The notes under the pieces: generated by a model | What the model saw: only the letters and a program-made list of their open reading frames with translations | The model's database searches: none | What the model was told of the DNA's origin: nothing | Shown: one piece after another, positions 51,981-61,500 of the stretch | Numbering within the stretch: position 1 is the stretch's first letter | Layout of the letters: every line of letters starts with the position of its first letter | Translations under genes and position numbers: made by a program | Assembly: GCA_963727525.1 (NCBI GenBank) | Contig: CAVSGO010000007.1 | Coordinates: 736,001-800,000, forward strand | DNA length: 64,000 nt | Source of the DNA: an uncultured bacterium | Lineage (GTDB): Bacteria; Krumholzibacteriota; Krumholzibacteriia; LZORAL124-64-63 | Direction: 5' to 3'

Positions 51981-52961
51981 ATGGCGACCATGCCCAAGGG
52001 TCCGTGGCTCGATTTCGAGCAACCGATCGTCGAGCTCGAGGAGCGTATCCAGACCCTGGAAGACGCGGCGGCGGCGCGTGGCGTCGACGTCAGCACCGAG
52101 GTTCGCCAGCTCAAGACCAAGGCGGAGAAGCTCAGCCGCGAGATCCTGGGCGGCTTGCAGCCGTGGCAGCGCGTCCAGCTCGCCCGGCACGGTCGCCGTC
52201 CGACCACCCTCGACTATATCCAGCACATCTTCGGGGATTTCGTGGAGTTGCACGGCGACCGGCAGTTCCGGGACGATCCCGCCATCGTCGGCGGCATGGT
52301 GGCCCTGGGGGACCGGCGGCTCATGGTGATCGGGCATCAGAAGGGCCGCGACACGAAGAGCAACATCAGGCGCAACTTCGGCATGGCCCATCCCGAGGGG
52401 TACCGCAAGGCCCTGCGCCTGATGGAGATGGCCGAAAGGTTCGACCGCCCCATCCTCACGTTGATCGACACTCCGGGCGCCTTTCCGGGCCTCGGCGCCG
52501 AGGAGCGCGGCCAGGGCGAGGCCATCGCGCACAACCTGCGGGACATGAGCATGTTGCGGGTGCCAGTGATCTGCGTCGTCACGGGCGAGGGTGGCTCCGG
52601 GGGAGCACTCGCGCTGGGCGTGGGCGATCGTGTCTATATGCAGGAGAACGCGGTCTACAGCGTCATCAGCCCCGAGGGCTGCGCCGCCATCCTCTGGCGC
52701 GATGCCGCGAAAGCGCCGGAGGCGGCGCGGGCGATGAAGTTGACGGCAGAGGATGCCCGTCACCTCGGCGTCATCGACGGGGTGATCAAGGAACCCATAG
52801 GCGGTGCCCACCGGGACCACGAGGCGGCGGCGCGCGAGGTGGCGGCGGTGGTGCTGGATGCCCTTGCCGAACTGGAGGCTGTGACCGCGGCCCAGCGTCT
52901 GGACGCGAGGTTGCAGAAGTTCCTGGCCATTGGCGAGTTCGTCGAACGCGAAGGATCGTGA
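51981..52961 (+). CDS. accA: Acetyl-CoA carboxylase carboxyltransferase alpha subunit
   Basis: LDFEQPI, GHQKGRDTK, PEGYRKALR, GEGGSGGAL, YSVISPEGCAAILW. Confidence 0.97.
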   Translation: MATMPKGPWLDFEQPIVELEERIQTLEDAAAARGVDVSTEVRQLKTKAEKLSREILGGLQPWQRVQLARHGRRPTTLDYIQHIFGDFVELHGDRQFRDDPAIVGGMVALGDRRLMVIGHQKGRDTKSNIRRNFGMAHPEGYRKALRLMEMAERFDRPILTLIDTPGAFPGLGAEERGQGEAIAHNLRDMSMLRVPVICVVTGEGGSGGALALGVGDRVYMQENAVYSVISPEGCAAILWRDAAKAPEAARAMKLTAEDARHLGVIDGVIKEPIGGAHRDHEAAAREVAAVVLDALAELEAVTAAQRLDARLQKFLAIGEFVEREGS

Positions 52962-52963
52962 TG

Positions 52964-52992
52964 TTGACAGGTCGGTCGCATTCCCGTATCAT
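52964..52992 (+). promoter_or_regulatory. Near-consensus sigma70 promoter for the trm112-porU-porV operon
   Basis: TTGACA-17 nt-TATCAT. Confidence 0.75.
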
Positions 52993-53041
52993 CGGAGGTG
53001 CCAACCATTGCGAGGATCCCGCCCTTCCGCCGAGCCGGCAA

Positions 53042-53139
53042 CATCTGGCGCGGTGGATGCTTGTGTTGAATTTCCGCGCATACCTGGAGTCCTGACCGTA
53101 TCCATCGTGTGGGTTTCACGAGTCTCATCGCGCCGGATG
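53042..53139 (+). ncRNA. Candidate structured 5' leader with alternative helices
   Basis: 53042-53055 pairs with 53126-53139 (14 bp incl. G-U); 53048-53060 alternatively pairs with 53098-53110 (13 bp incl. G-U). Confidence 0.4.
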
Positions 53140-53149
53140 GAGGCCTGTC

Positions 53150-53326
53150 ATGCTCGACCCGAAATTGCTGGAGATCCTGGCCTGCCCCAAGTGCAAGGGA
53201 CCTGTTCAGCCCGACGCACAGCACACGCGACTCGTGTGCCCGACGTGTCGCGTCGCATACCGGGTCGAGGACGACATCCCGGTCATGCTCATCGAGGAAG
53301 CGCAAGCGCTGGCGCAGGGGGAGTAG
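53150..53326 (+). CDS. Trm112/YcaR family protein (58 aa; below the ORF-track cut-off)
   Basis: Manual translation MLDPKLLEILACPKCKGPVQPDAQHTRLVCPTCRVAYRVEDDIPVMLIEEAQALAQGE; GGAGG RBS at 53139-53143. Confidence 0.9.
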   Translation: MLDPKLLEILACPKCKGPVQPDAQHTRLVCPTCRVAYRVEDDIPVMLIEEAQALAQGE

Positions 53327-53329
53327 CTC

Positions 53330-56300
53330 ATGGGGAACCGACATCCGCTGATGGCAGGCGTCCTGCTGGTCGTGCTCCTGGCCCTGGGCGCGCCGCGCGC
53401 CCGGGCCGAGTTCCGTCCCGAGGGCGCCGACGGGATGATGGATCTTCCGGCCGTCGAGGTGCTCAGCGGCGACGTCAACAGCACGGTGGTGGCTCTGAGC
53501 TTCCCGGTGCGCACGATGCCCAAGAGCTGGGCCAAGGCGGCGAGCGACGGGATCGGCTGGCCCCGGCCCTGGGGCGAGCTCCCCAATCCGGACGGCACGA
53601 CGACCGAGCTACCGCGCGTGGCGGAGGCCCGGCTGGCGGTTCCCGCCGGTTGCACACTGCAGTATCGCGTCGAATCGGTCGACTGGTGGGTGGATCCCGT
53701 TACCCCAGTCTCCGATGATGCCCTGGTCTATGTCCACGGTCCGGACACCATGCGCGACGTCGGACTCGTGGGCGTCACGGTGCAGGCGTTCGTGCAGCAG
53801 GTCGGCGGGAATCGCGCGATCGTGCGGCGCGTCGTGGTCGCCATCGACCATCCCACGAGCGCCCGGCAAGCCGACTGGCTGGCCCGGGCCGTCGACGAGC
53901 CGCAGCTGCGCAGCCGTGCGGCGCGCGAGGCCACGCCCGCGCTCGTCAATCCCGAGGTCTTCACCTCCCTGCGGGCCGCGGCCATGATGAGCGCGCCGAA
54001 CAAGGCGCGGGAAGGCCGCGGCAATGTGCCTGACTGGTTCTCGCTCAGCTCGCACTGGCTGCGGCTGGAGATCGACGGCACGGGCATGTACCAGCTCACC
54101 GGATCCGAGATGACGTTCATGGGCGCGGTGATCTCCGGCATCGACCCTGGGAAGCTACGGCTCTTCCACGGCGGCGGTCTGCCGGTCGACGACGACCCGA
54201 CGCTTGCGGACAGCCTGCAGGTCGATCGCATGGGATTGCACGAGGTGCGCATCGCCGTTCAGGATGGCGGGGATGGGGAGTGGAACGCCGATGACCGCAT
54301 CATCTTCTACGGCGTGGGCTGCGATACGTGGACCGATCGGTTCGATCCCAGCGCAGCGCCTCTCGACCATGTCGAGCATCCGTACCAGAGTCACGCGGTC
54401 TACTGGCTGACGTGGGAGGGAGACGCTGACCCCACACCGTTCGCGGGCGCGCCGCGGCGTGTGGAGCCGGTGGCCGCCCCGGCCCACGACGGCGTCACGC
54501 CGGTCACGGAGCAATGGGCGCGGTATCACGGCGAGGAGAGTGTCGCGTCGGTGCCGGGTGTCCTGGCCGACAACTGGGCCTGGTATCCCTTGATCACGGG
54601 CACCCAGTCGTCGCCCTTCCTCTTGCAAAGCGTGGTCCCCACGACGTCGGCGCGGTTCGTGGCCGACGTGCGCGGGCATCGCGCCGAGTTGCACGCGCCG
54701 ACGTACCGTACGCGAGCCTGGTTGAACGCCGACCAGGCCCATGCCGATACGCTGGTGTTTCTGTACACCCTGCAAAAGGACAGTCTTCGCGTACGGCTGA
54801 TCGGTGAGAGCGACGCGCTCCATAGCGGCACCAATACCATCACGATCAGCCACGACTCGTACAACACGCCGGGCAATCATTATCCGCTCGCACTCGATTC
54901 GTTCGATGTGCGCTACCGCCAGGCTCTCGACAAGCGCGCCATCTCCGGTGCCCTGGTCTATCAGCATTTCGCAGACGAGGTGACGGCACCCGGCATGCCG
55001 TTGAACGTCGCGTTCACATTGCCGGCGAGCGAGGCGGCAACGATCTGGGACGTCTCGATGCCGGATTCCGCCGTGGCGCTCGCGGGCGATATCGTGGCGG
55101 GCGATCCGCAGACGGTCACGGTGGGGCTGACACGCGATCCGACCTCGGCCGCGCATCTCGTCGTGTTTTCCGATGGCAACCTGCATGCGGTGGCGAGCGG
55201 CCAGGCCGAGTCGCCGCGCGCACTGCGCGTCGCGGTGCCGCCGGTGGATTACGTGGTCGTCTACAATTCGCGATTCCGCAACGCGGCCGAGGCGCTTGCC
55301 GATTTGCGCGGCCGGATGTTGCCTGGCGTGGTGGCGCCGGCGGCGGCGGCCGTATCGGTGCAGGAGATCTATGACAACTTCTCGGGTGGCCAGAAGGACA
55401 TGCTCGCCATTCGCAACTTCCTGCGCTGGTCCTACTACGCCGGGGGTCAGCGCCTGCGCTGGGCGTGCCTGCTCGGCGACGCGTCGGTCGACTGGCGCAA
55501 CTACCTCGGTCATGATCCGAACAGCCAGATCTACGATTTCATCACGGCGCCGCTCGTCACGCGGTTCCCGCTGATTCCGGACCGGTCGACGCTCGATCAT
55601 CCGTGGACATCCGACGAGACCTACGGGTGTTTCGACCTGCCCCAGGCCGATCGGGAGTTCGACATCCCCGACGTGGCGATCGGCCGGATCCCCGTGACCT
55701 CGGCCGCGGAGGCGAGCGCTGCGGTGAACAGGATCATCACCTACACGGAGACGCCTGACGTCGGTCTGTGGCGCAACCGCGCGGTGTTTTGCGCCGACGA
55801 TCTCTGGCAGCCGAGCGACGGCTCGGGCACGGGGAGTCAGGCCTATCACACCGACGAGGCCGAAGATATCGCGCTGCATGACGTCCCGGGATCGATCGAC
55901 ATGCAGAAGGTGTACCTGGTCGACTACCCGCGTGTGGGCGGTGCCAAGCCGGCCGCCAAGGCGGAACTCACGCGCCAGCTCAACCGGGGCACGACCATCT
56001 TCTACTATGTCGGGCACGGGGCGCCGAACAACCTCGCCGACGAGCAGGTCTTCGTGCTGGCGGACGTCGCGAACCTCACCAACGGCAACAAGCGATTCCT
56101 GTTCATGGCCTTCAGCTGCGACGTGGGGATCTACGACGACTACGCGTCTCAGAGCATGGGCGAGGAATTCGTGACCTCGGCCAACGGCGGGGCGATCGCC
56201 TCGATCGCGGCCTCGTGGCTCAGTTATCCGAGCTATAACGACCAGCTTTCCGAGGGTATCTTCGCCGACATCTATCCGACCCAACGGGTGGACGAGAATA

Positions 56301-57451
56301 CGACCCTCGGGGAATCGCTGCGCGTGGGCAAGGCCGGGTTGTGGGCGCAGATCGGGGCGAACCTGACGATCCGCAACGCCAGGCGCTACAACCTGTTCGG
56401 CGACCCGGCCACGCATCTACCGAATCCCGTCGACGACCTCGCCTTCGCGCCCACGAGCATGGACTCGCTGCTGACGGGACGGCCCCACCAGGTGGTGCTC
56501 GATCTCGCGGACCAGGGGCTCGCCGCCTCGGCGAGCGCGACGTACGATCTGAACGTCGAGGAGTCGGGCGTCGACGTGCTCTACTACTCGGGTTCGACGG
56601 GTGACTATTACTGGCGACGAGCTGGCAACACGGCTTTTCACGGCACCGGTGCGCCGGCGAACGACCCGCTGATCGTCCCTTTCCTGGCGCCGTTGCAGAT
56701 GCGCCGCGGGGATCTCGGGCGTGTGCGTCTGGTCGTGAACGACGGCAGCTCCGAGCAGGTGGCGGAGATCGCCGTGCCCGTGGTGGGTGCGTCGGCGAAC
56801 AGCGGCGGCGACGTGGCCGGTCCGCAGATCCAGCTCGCGTTCGGCGACGGTCTCGTGCGCGTGCCAACGGGCTCCAGCTTGCAGGCCGTGATCTCCGACA
56901 CCAGCGGCGTCAACACGCTCGGGAGCAATCCGGGCAACAGCGTGCTGCTCGAGTTTGACGGATCGGGCATATACAGCGACGTCTCCGACCAGTTCGCCTT
57001 CGATGCGGGCAGCTACACGCGCGGACGCTTGCAGGTGGCCCTGCCCAGCGAGCTCGGCCTCGGACAGCACCGCGTGGCCTTGCTGGCCAGCGACATGTTC
57101 GGCAACGTCGGTTCCGACACGCTGGGTTTCGAGCTCGTGGCGAGCGTGATCCCTGACATCTACGACGTGTCGGTGTTCCCCAATCCGACTGCCGGGCCGT
57201 GCCGGCTGCTCTGCGATGTGAGCGAGCCGATGGCTCTGCGGTGGGATATCTACACGGTCGCCGGACATTGCATCCGGACGATCCGCGCGGACGGCAGTGC
57301 GGCGGGGCCGAAGATTCTCGCCTGGGACGGACGCGATGGCGAGGGCGACGGCATCGCCAACGGTGTCTATCTCTACGTCCTGCGCGGCACGGCCGCGGCG
57401 GACGCGGCACACGAGATTCGAAAGACGGGGCAACTCGTCATCATGCGGTAG
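53330..57451 (+). CDS. PorU-like T9SS sortase (peptidase C25/gingipain clan) with FlgD-Ig-type C-terminal domain
   Basis: Signal peptide; EIYDNFSGG, LLGDAS, DVAIGRIPV, YVGHG (His), FSCDVG (Cys), YNLFGDPA, D..GPQI...DTSGVN; FPNP...WDGRDGEGDGIANGVYLY. Confidence 0.85.
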   Translation: MGNRHPLMAGVLLVVLLALGAPRARAEFRPEGADGMMDLPAVEVLSGDVNSTVVALSFPVRTMPKSWAKAASDGIGWPRPWGELPNPDGTTTELPRVAEARLAVPAGCTLQYRVESVDWWVDPVTPVSDDALVYVHGPDTMRDVGLVGVTVQAFVQQVGGNRAIVRRVVVAIDHPTSARQADWLARAVDEPQLRSRAAREATPALVNPEVFTSLRAAAMMSAPNKAREGRGNVPDWFSLSSHWLRLEIDGTGMYQLTGSEMTFMGAVISGIDPGKLRLFHGGGLPVDDDPTLADSLQVDRMGLHEVRIAVQDGGDGEWNADDRIIFYGVGCDTWTDRFDPSAAPLDHVEHPYQSHAVYWLTWEGDADPTPFAGAPRRVEPVAAPAHDGVTPVTEQWARYHGEESVASVPGVLADNWAWYPLITGTQSSPFLLQSVVPTTSARFVADVRGHRAELHAPTYRTRAWLNADQAHADTLVFLYTLQKDSLRVRLIGESDALHSGTNTITISHDSYNTPGNHYPLALDSFDVRYRQALDKRAISGALVYQHFADEVTAPGMPLNVAFTLPASEAATIWDVSMPDSAVALAGDIVAGDPQTVTVGLTRDPTSAAHLVVFSDGNLHAVASGQAESPRALRVAVPPVDYVVVYNSRFRNAAEALADLRGRMLPGVVAPAAAAVSVQEIYDNFSGGQKDMLAIRNFLRWSYYAGGQRLRWACLLGDASVDWRNYLGHDPNSQIYDFITAPLVTRFPLIPDRSTLDHPWTSDETYGCFDLPQADREFDIPDVAIGRIPVTSAAEASAAVNRIITYTETPDVGLWRNRAVFCADDLWQPSDGSGTGSQAYHTDEAEDIALHDVPGSIDMQKVYLVDYPRVGGAKPAAKAELTRQLNRGTTIFYYVGHGAPNNLADEQVFVLADVANLTNGNKRFLFMAFSCDVGIYDDYASQSMGEEFVTSANGGAIASIAASWLSYPSYNDQLSEGIFADIYPTQRVDENTTLGESLRVGKAGLWAQIGANLTIRNARRYNLFGDPATHLPNPVDDLAFAPTSMDSLLTGRPHQVVLDLADQGLAASASATYDLNVEESGVDVLYYSGSTGDYYWRRAGNTAFHGTGAPANDPLIVPFLAPLQMRRGDLGRVRLVVNDGSSEQVAEIAVPVVGASANSGGDVAGPQIQLAFGDGLVRVPTGSSLQAVISDTSGVNTLGSNPGNSVLLEFDGSGIYSDVSDQFAFDAGSYTRGRLQVALPSELGLGQHRVALLASDMFGNVGSDTLGFELVASVIPDIYDVSVFPNPTAGPCRLLCDVSEPMALRWDIYTVAGHCIRTIRADGSAAGPKILAWDGRDGEGDGIANGVYLYVLRGTAAADAAHEIRKTGQLVIMR

Positions 57452-57496
57452 GGCGGCCGCATTCCGCCCGGTTGGATACCTGGAGGTTGACAGGTA

Positions 57497-58519
57497 ATGA
57501 AGTCAAGATTCGTCGTGGCACTGGTCAGTCTGCTCTGTCTCGTGGTGGTACCGCAACTCGCGGAAGCCGGAGCCGGTGCTGGCGCCATCGTGCTGTCCTT
57601 CCCGATCGGCGCGCGCTACAACTCCCTGGGTGAGTCGGGCGTGGCCCTGGCTCAGGATGCCGCGTCCACGTGGTTCAATCCCGGGGGGCTGGCCTTCCTG
57701 CCCGACCGTCAGGAGACCCACGACCTGCAGGTCATGCAATCGCCTCTGGCTACCGGCCTCGCCAACGATATCGGCCTCTACTGGGGCGGGTACGCGGGCA
57801 CGACCGGCGGCGGTGCCTGGGGCCTCACGTTCACCTACCTCGACATGGGCACGCAGGTGGCCACCGACGAGCAGGGTGTGGAGAAGGGCACGTTCTCGTC
57901 GTACGAGTTCGTGTTCCAGGGAAACTACGCCTTCAAGCTCACACCCAACCTCGGCCTGGGCATGGGCGCGAAGTTCTTTCGCGACAAGCTCGCCGACGAT
58001 TCCGTGCTCCAGGACCAGACCGGCGGTTCGGGCAACAGCTTCGGCGTCGACATCGGCGCGCTATGGAAGATCCCGAGCATGCGGACGAACCTCGGCCTCT
58101 CCGTCATGAACCTCGGGCCGAACATCACGCACGTGGATGCCGATCAGTCCGACCCGATGCCGCGCAAGCTCACCGGCGGTTTCGCCTACGGATTGATCCA
58201 GAGCCCGTACATGGGTCTGATCCTCGTCGGCGACTACCAGCTGCCGCTCTACAACTGGAAGGGCAACGACTACGGTCTCGGCTTCGAGCCCGACCAGGAT
58301 GAGTGGGGTGTGGGCGCGGAGTGGAACTACGACCACTCACTCTTCCTGCGCCTCGGCTACAAGAGCGCCAACTATGGCGACATCACGGACTACACGTTCG
58401 GCTTCGGCGTGGATTTGAAGAAATGGCTGCGCAAGGCGATCACGTTCGATTTCGGTTCGGTGCCGCAGGCGACCGGGCTCGATCGCGTGAGTCGGTTCTC
58501 GCTTGGTTACCGCTGGTAG
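57497..58519 (+). CDS. PorV/PorQ-family outer-membrane beta-barrel
   Basis: Signal peptide; LSFPIGARYNSLGE, WFNPGGLAF, amphipathic strands, C-terminal SLGYRW; directly after the PorU-like gene. Confidence 0.85.
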   Translation: MKSRFVVALVSLLCLVVVPQLAEAGAGAGAIVLSFPIGARYNSLGESGVALAQDAASTWFNPGGLAFLPDRQETHDLQVMQSPLATGLANDIGLYWGGYAGTTGGGAWGLTFTYLDMGTQVATDEQGVEKGTFSSYEFVFQGNYAFKLTPNLGLGMGAKFFRDKLADDSVLQDQTGGSGNSFGVDIGALWKIPSMRTNLGLSVMNLGPNITHVDADQSDPMPRKLTGGFAYGLIQSPYMGLILVGDYQLPLYNWKGNDYGLGFEPDQDEWGVGAEWNYDHSLFLRLGYKSANYGDITDYTFGFGVDLKKWLRKAITFDFGSVPQATGLDRVSRFSLGYRW

Positions 58520-58561
58520 ACATTGGCTGCGCACCCCTGAGCGCACATCCGGGAGGCTGCT

Positions 58562-61500
58562 GTGAAACGAGGATCAGGGGCGTTGCGCCATGGTCTATGG
58601 TCTCTGGGGCTACAGTCACTGGCTCTATGGCTCGCAGTGGTCTGGACGCTGACGGCTGTCGCCGCGTCAGCGTCCAGACCCGATCGCATTCCCGTACACA
58701 AGATGAATCGCGATGCGATCCTGGCGTTGCCGGGCGGCTCCGCGATGCTGGAGCGGGAACAGACTCGCGCCCGCATCGAGGGTGACCGCTGGCGGCAAGT
58801 GCACGACCTGCTCGGTTCGCGCCACATCTCGGTGAAGGGGCAGCGCCAACTCACACGCATGGGCCTGGGGCCCGCGCGCCTGCAGGCCGACGCTGACAAG
58901 GCCGCGGACGTGACGGCGGCGTGGGATGGCGTCGACACGTTGCGGGTTCTCCTCGTGCGGATCGGCTTCGAGACCAACCGCGACTCCACGCTCACTACCG
59001 TGACCAACGGCGGCGACTTCATGCTCGCCCCGGCGGACACGAGCGATGCGTTGCCCATCGATCCGTCGCCGCACAACAAGGCGTTCTTCGAGGCGCACCT
59101 GAACGGCCTGGCCGACTTCTACCGCTTCCAGTCGGGTGGTCGGTTGCACATCGAGAGCCGCGTGCTGCCCGAGGGCGACACCGACAGTTACAAACTCGCA
59201 GACATCGCCGACTATGGCCCCGGCGCCGACGGCTACTGGACGATCGACGGCCTCGAACGCTTCGTGCGGGACGCTATCATGGCCGCGGACCAGGGCACCC
59301 AGGCCGACGGCTCGGCGAACCTGGCCGACTACGACGACGACAATCCGTTCACGTACATCATCTTCGCGCACGCCGGCAGCGACTGGCAGAGCGACGTCAA
59401 TCAGGACTCGCCGAACGACATTCCCACGTTCTTCGTCACCCTGGGTGAAGATCAGCCGCTCACCAGCATCGACAGCCACACCGGCGCCGTGGGGGCACTC
59501 ACGGAGTGCTCGGTGATTCCCGAGACCACCACGCAGGACGGTTACAAGGGCAGCATCGCCGCAGCGCTCTACCACGAGTTCGGCCACGCACTCGGACTCG
59601 TCGACGTGTATGACACGACGACCGGTCTGCCGAGCGTGGGTGTGTGGGATCTCATGGATTCGGGCACGAATCTGGCGGCCAATCTGGCCACGGATGCGAA
59701 CCACGATGGCGAGATCACCGACGACGAGGTCTTCTCCGTGACCGGAGTCCTGCCGCCCTCACTGGGGGCGTGGAACAAGTGGTTCCTGGGCTGGGCCGAG
59801 GTGGGCACGCTCACCGGCGCGGAGGAGACGGTGAAGCTGCCAGCCGTGGGCGTGCCGCGCGCCGAGTACCACCGCTATGCCACCACCAGCGGCGACTTCT
59901 CGGAGGAGTACCCGCAGCTCCTGGAGGCCGGCGCCTCGCCGCGCGAGTTCTTCCTCATCGAGAACCGGTGGGTGCCGCTCGACGAGCAGGATACACCCTT
60001 TGATAACTACGATCCCCAGACCGGTGCCGGCGGGCTCTTTTTCGTTCGGGACGAGGCGACCGGCGTGGTGCTGTATCTCGGGGGCGAGTTGCACGGCGTG
60101 CAACAGAACACCGGGCTCTACGACTATTTCCTGCCCGAAGGCGGCTTACTCGTCTGGCACGTGAACATGGACCGTATCGAGCCCAACCTGGCTTCGAACA
60201 CCATCAACTGGCACGCGGATGGTCTGAAGCTGGTGGAGGCCGACGGCATCCAGGACATCGGCGTCGTCGACGCCTACGTGCTCGGCTGGTACGGTTCGAG
60301 TCGCGATCCCTTCACGCCCTACAACCTGATCGGGTCGCTCTCGCTCGAGGTGGCCGACCGTCCGAGCAGCCGTGCGTACGACCGTTCCTACACCGGTGTC
60401 CACCTGTGGAACATCGCCGACGACGGCGATTCCCATGGAGCCGTGATGCGCTTCCAGGCAGCAGTCGAACCGGTGGTGGGCGCGTTCCCTTACGAGCTGC
60501 CGCCGCGAATCGATGCCGGCGACACGCTGCGAGCACGCGCGCTCGACCTCACGAGCCTGACGCCCCTGAACGACCACCTCTTCCTGGCCGACGCACCTCC
60601 GCTGGGCGAAACGGCCACGCTCTTTGCCCTCGACCGTTCCGGTCAGCCCGCGTTTCCCGTGGAGACGACTCTGCCGGTCGGGGCCGTCGCCACGCTCGAC
60701 GGCGCGCTCGCCGGCCCGCCGGCCACGACGACGTTGACCGATCTCGACGCATTCGTCGCCGTGACGGTGCATGGCACCGTGACCGCCTGGCGTGTGAACG
60801 ACACGGCTGACGGGGTGCAGGCGATGTGGTCGACGGCGGTGGCCGATACCGCGCTCGCGGGCGCGATACCCGTAGACCTGAACGGGCAGACACGTCTGCT
60901 GTGTCCGCTCTCGCCGACGCACGTCGCCCTGCTGGGCAGTGACGGCAACCCGGTTGGTGACACTGCCGTGCTCGTGGGGCCGGGGGGGATGTCGCCGTCC
61001 ACGTTCGTCGCGCCCCCGCGGGTGTGGCGACGGGATACCGACGCGGTCCTGCTCTGCTTCACGCCCGACGGCTGGTATGCCGTCACGGCCGAGGAACTGG
61101 GTTTTTCCGGCGACCCGGTATTCCATGCCTACGCCGAGGGCACCCAGGACACCGTGTGGCCAGCGCTGGTCGCGACGACGACGGGCGCCGAGCTGGTGGT
61201 CTTCGGCTCTGGCGGTGATCTGGGCGCCTGGGCACTGACGGGCAACCAGGTCGCGCCGGCCCCATGGCACGGGGCAGTGAGCGAACCGCTCGTGGGCGAG
61301 CCCGCGGTGGCCGACCTCGACGGCGATGGCGATGACGACATCGTGGCGGCGACGCCGCTGCGCGTGTTTGCCTGGCAGGCCGACGGCACCGTCCTGACCG
61401 GATTCCCGGCGGTGCTGCTCAACCTCTTCCCGCTGGCCGACAGCACGCAGGTGCGAGGCACGCTCGTGGTGGCCGACATCACGGGCGATGGTTCCGACGA

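Noticed and set aside
48360-52820. 1486-aa minus-strand ORF and similar long antisense ORFs (e.g. 21745-24138, 24398-27268, 30087-33002, 54155-56416)
   Set aside because: Shadow frames opposite well-conserved genes, expected from GC3-biased codon usage; no recognisable motifs.
53324-53332. trm112 in frame with porU across TAG-CTC-ATG (possible readthrough fusion)
   Set aside because: PorU has its own RBS-like GGGGAG and a signal peptide right after the ATG. In-frame adjacency also occurs at nuoE/F and nuoI/J and is expected by chance.
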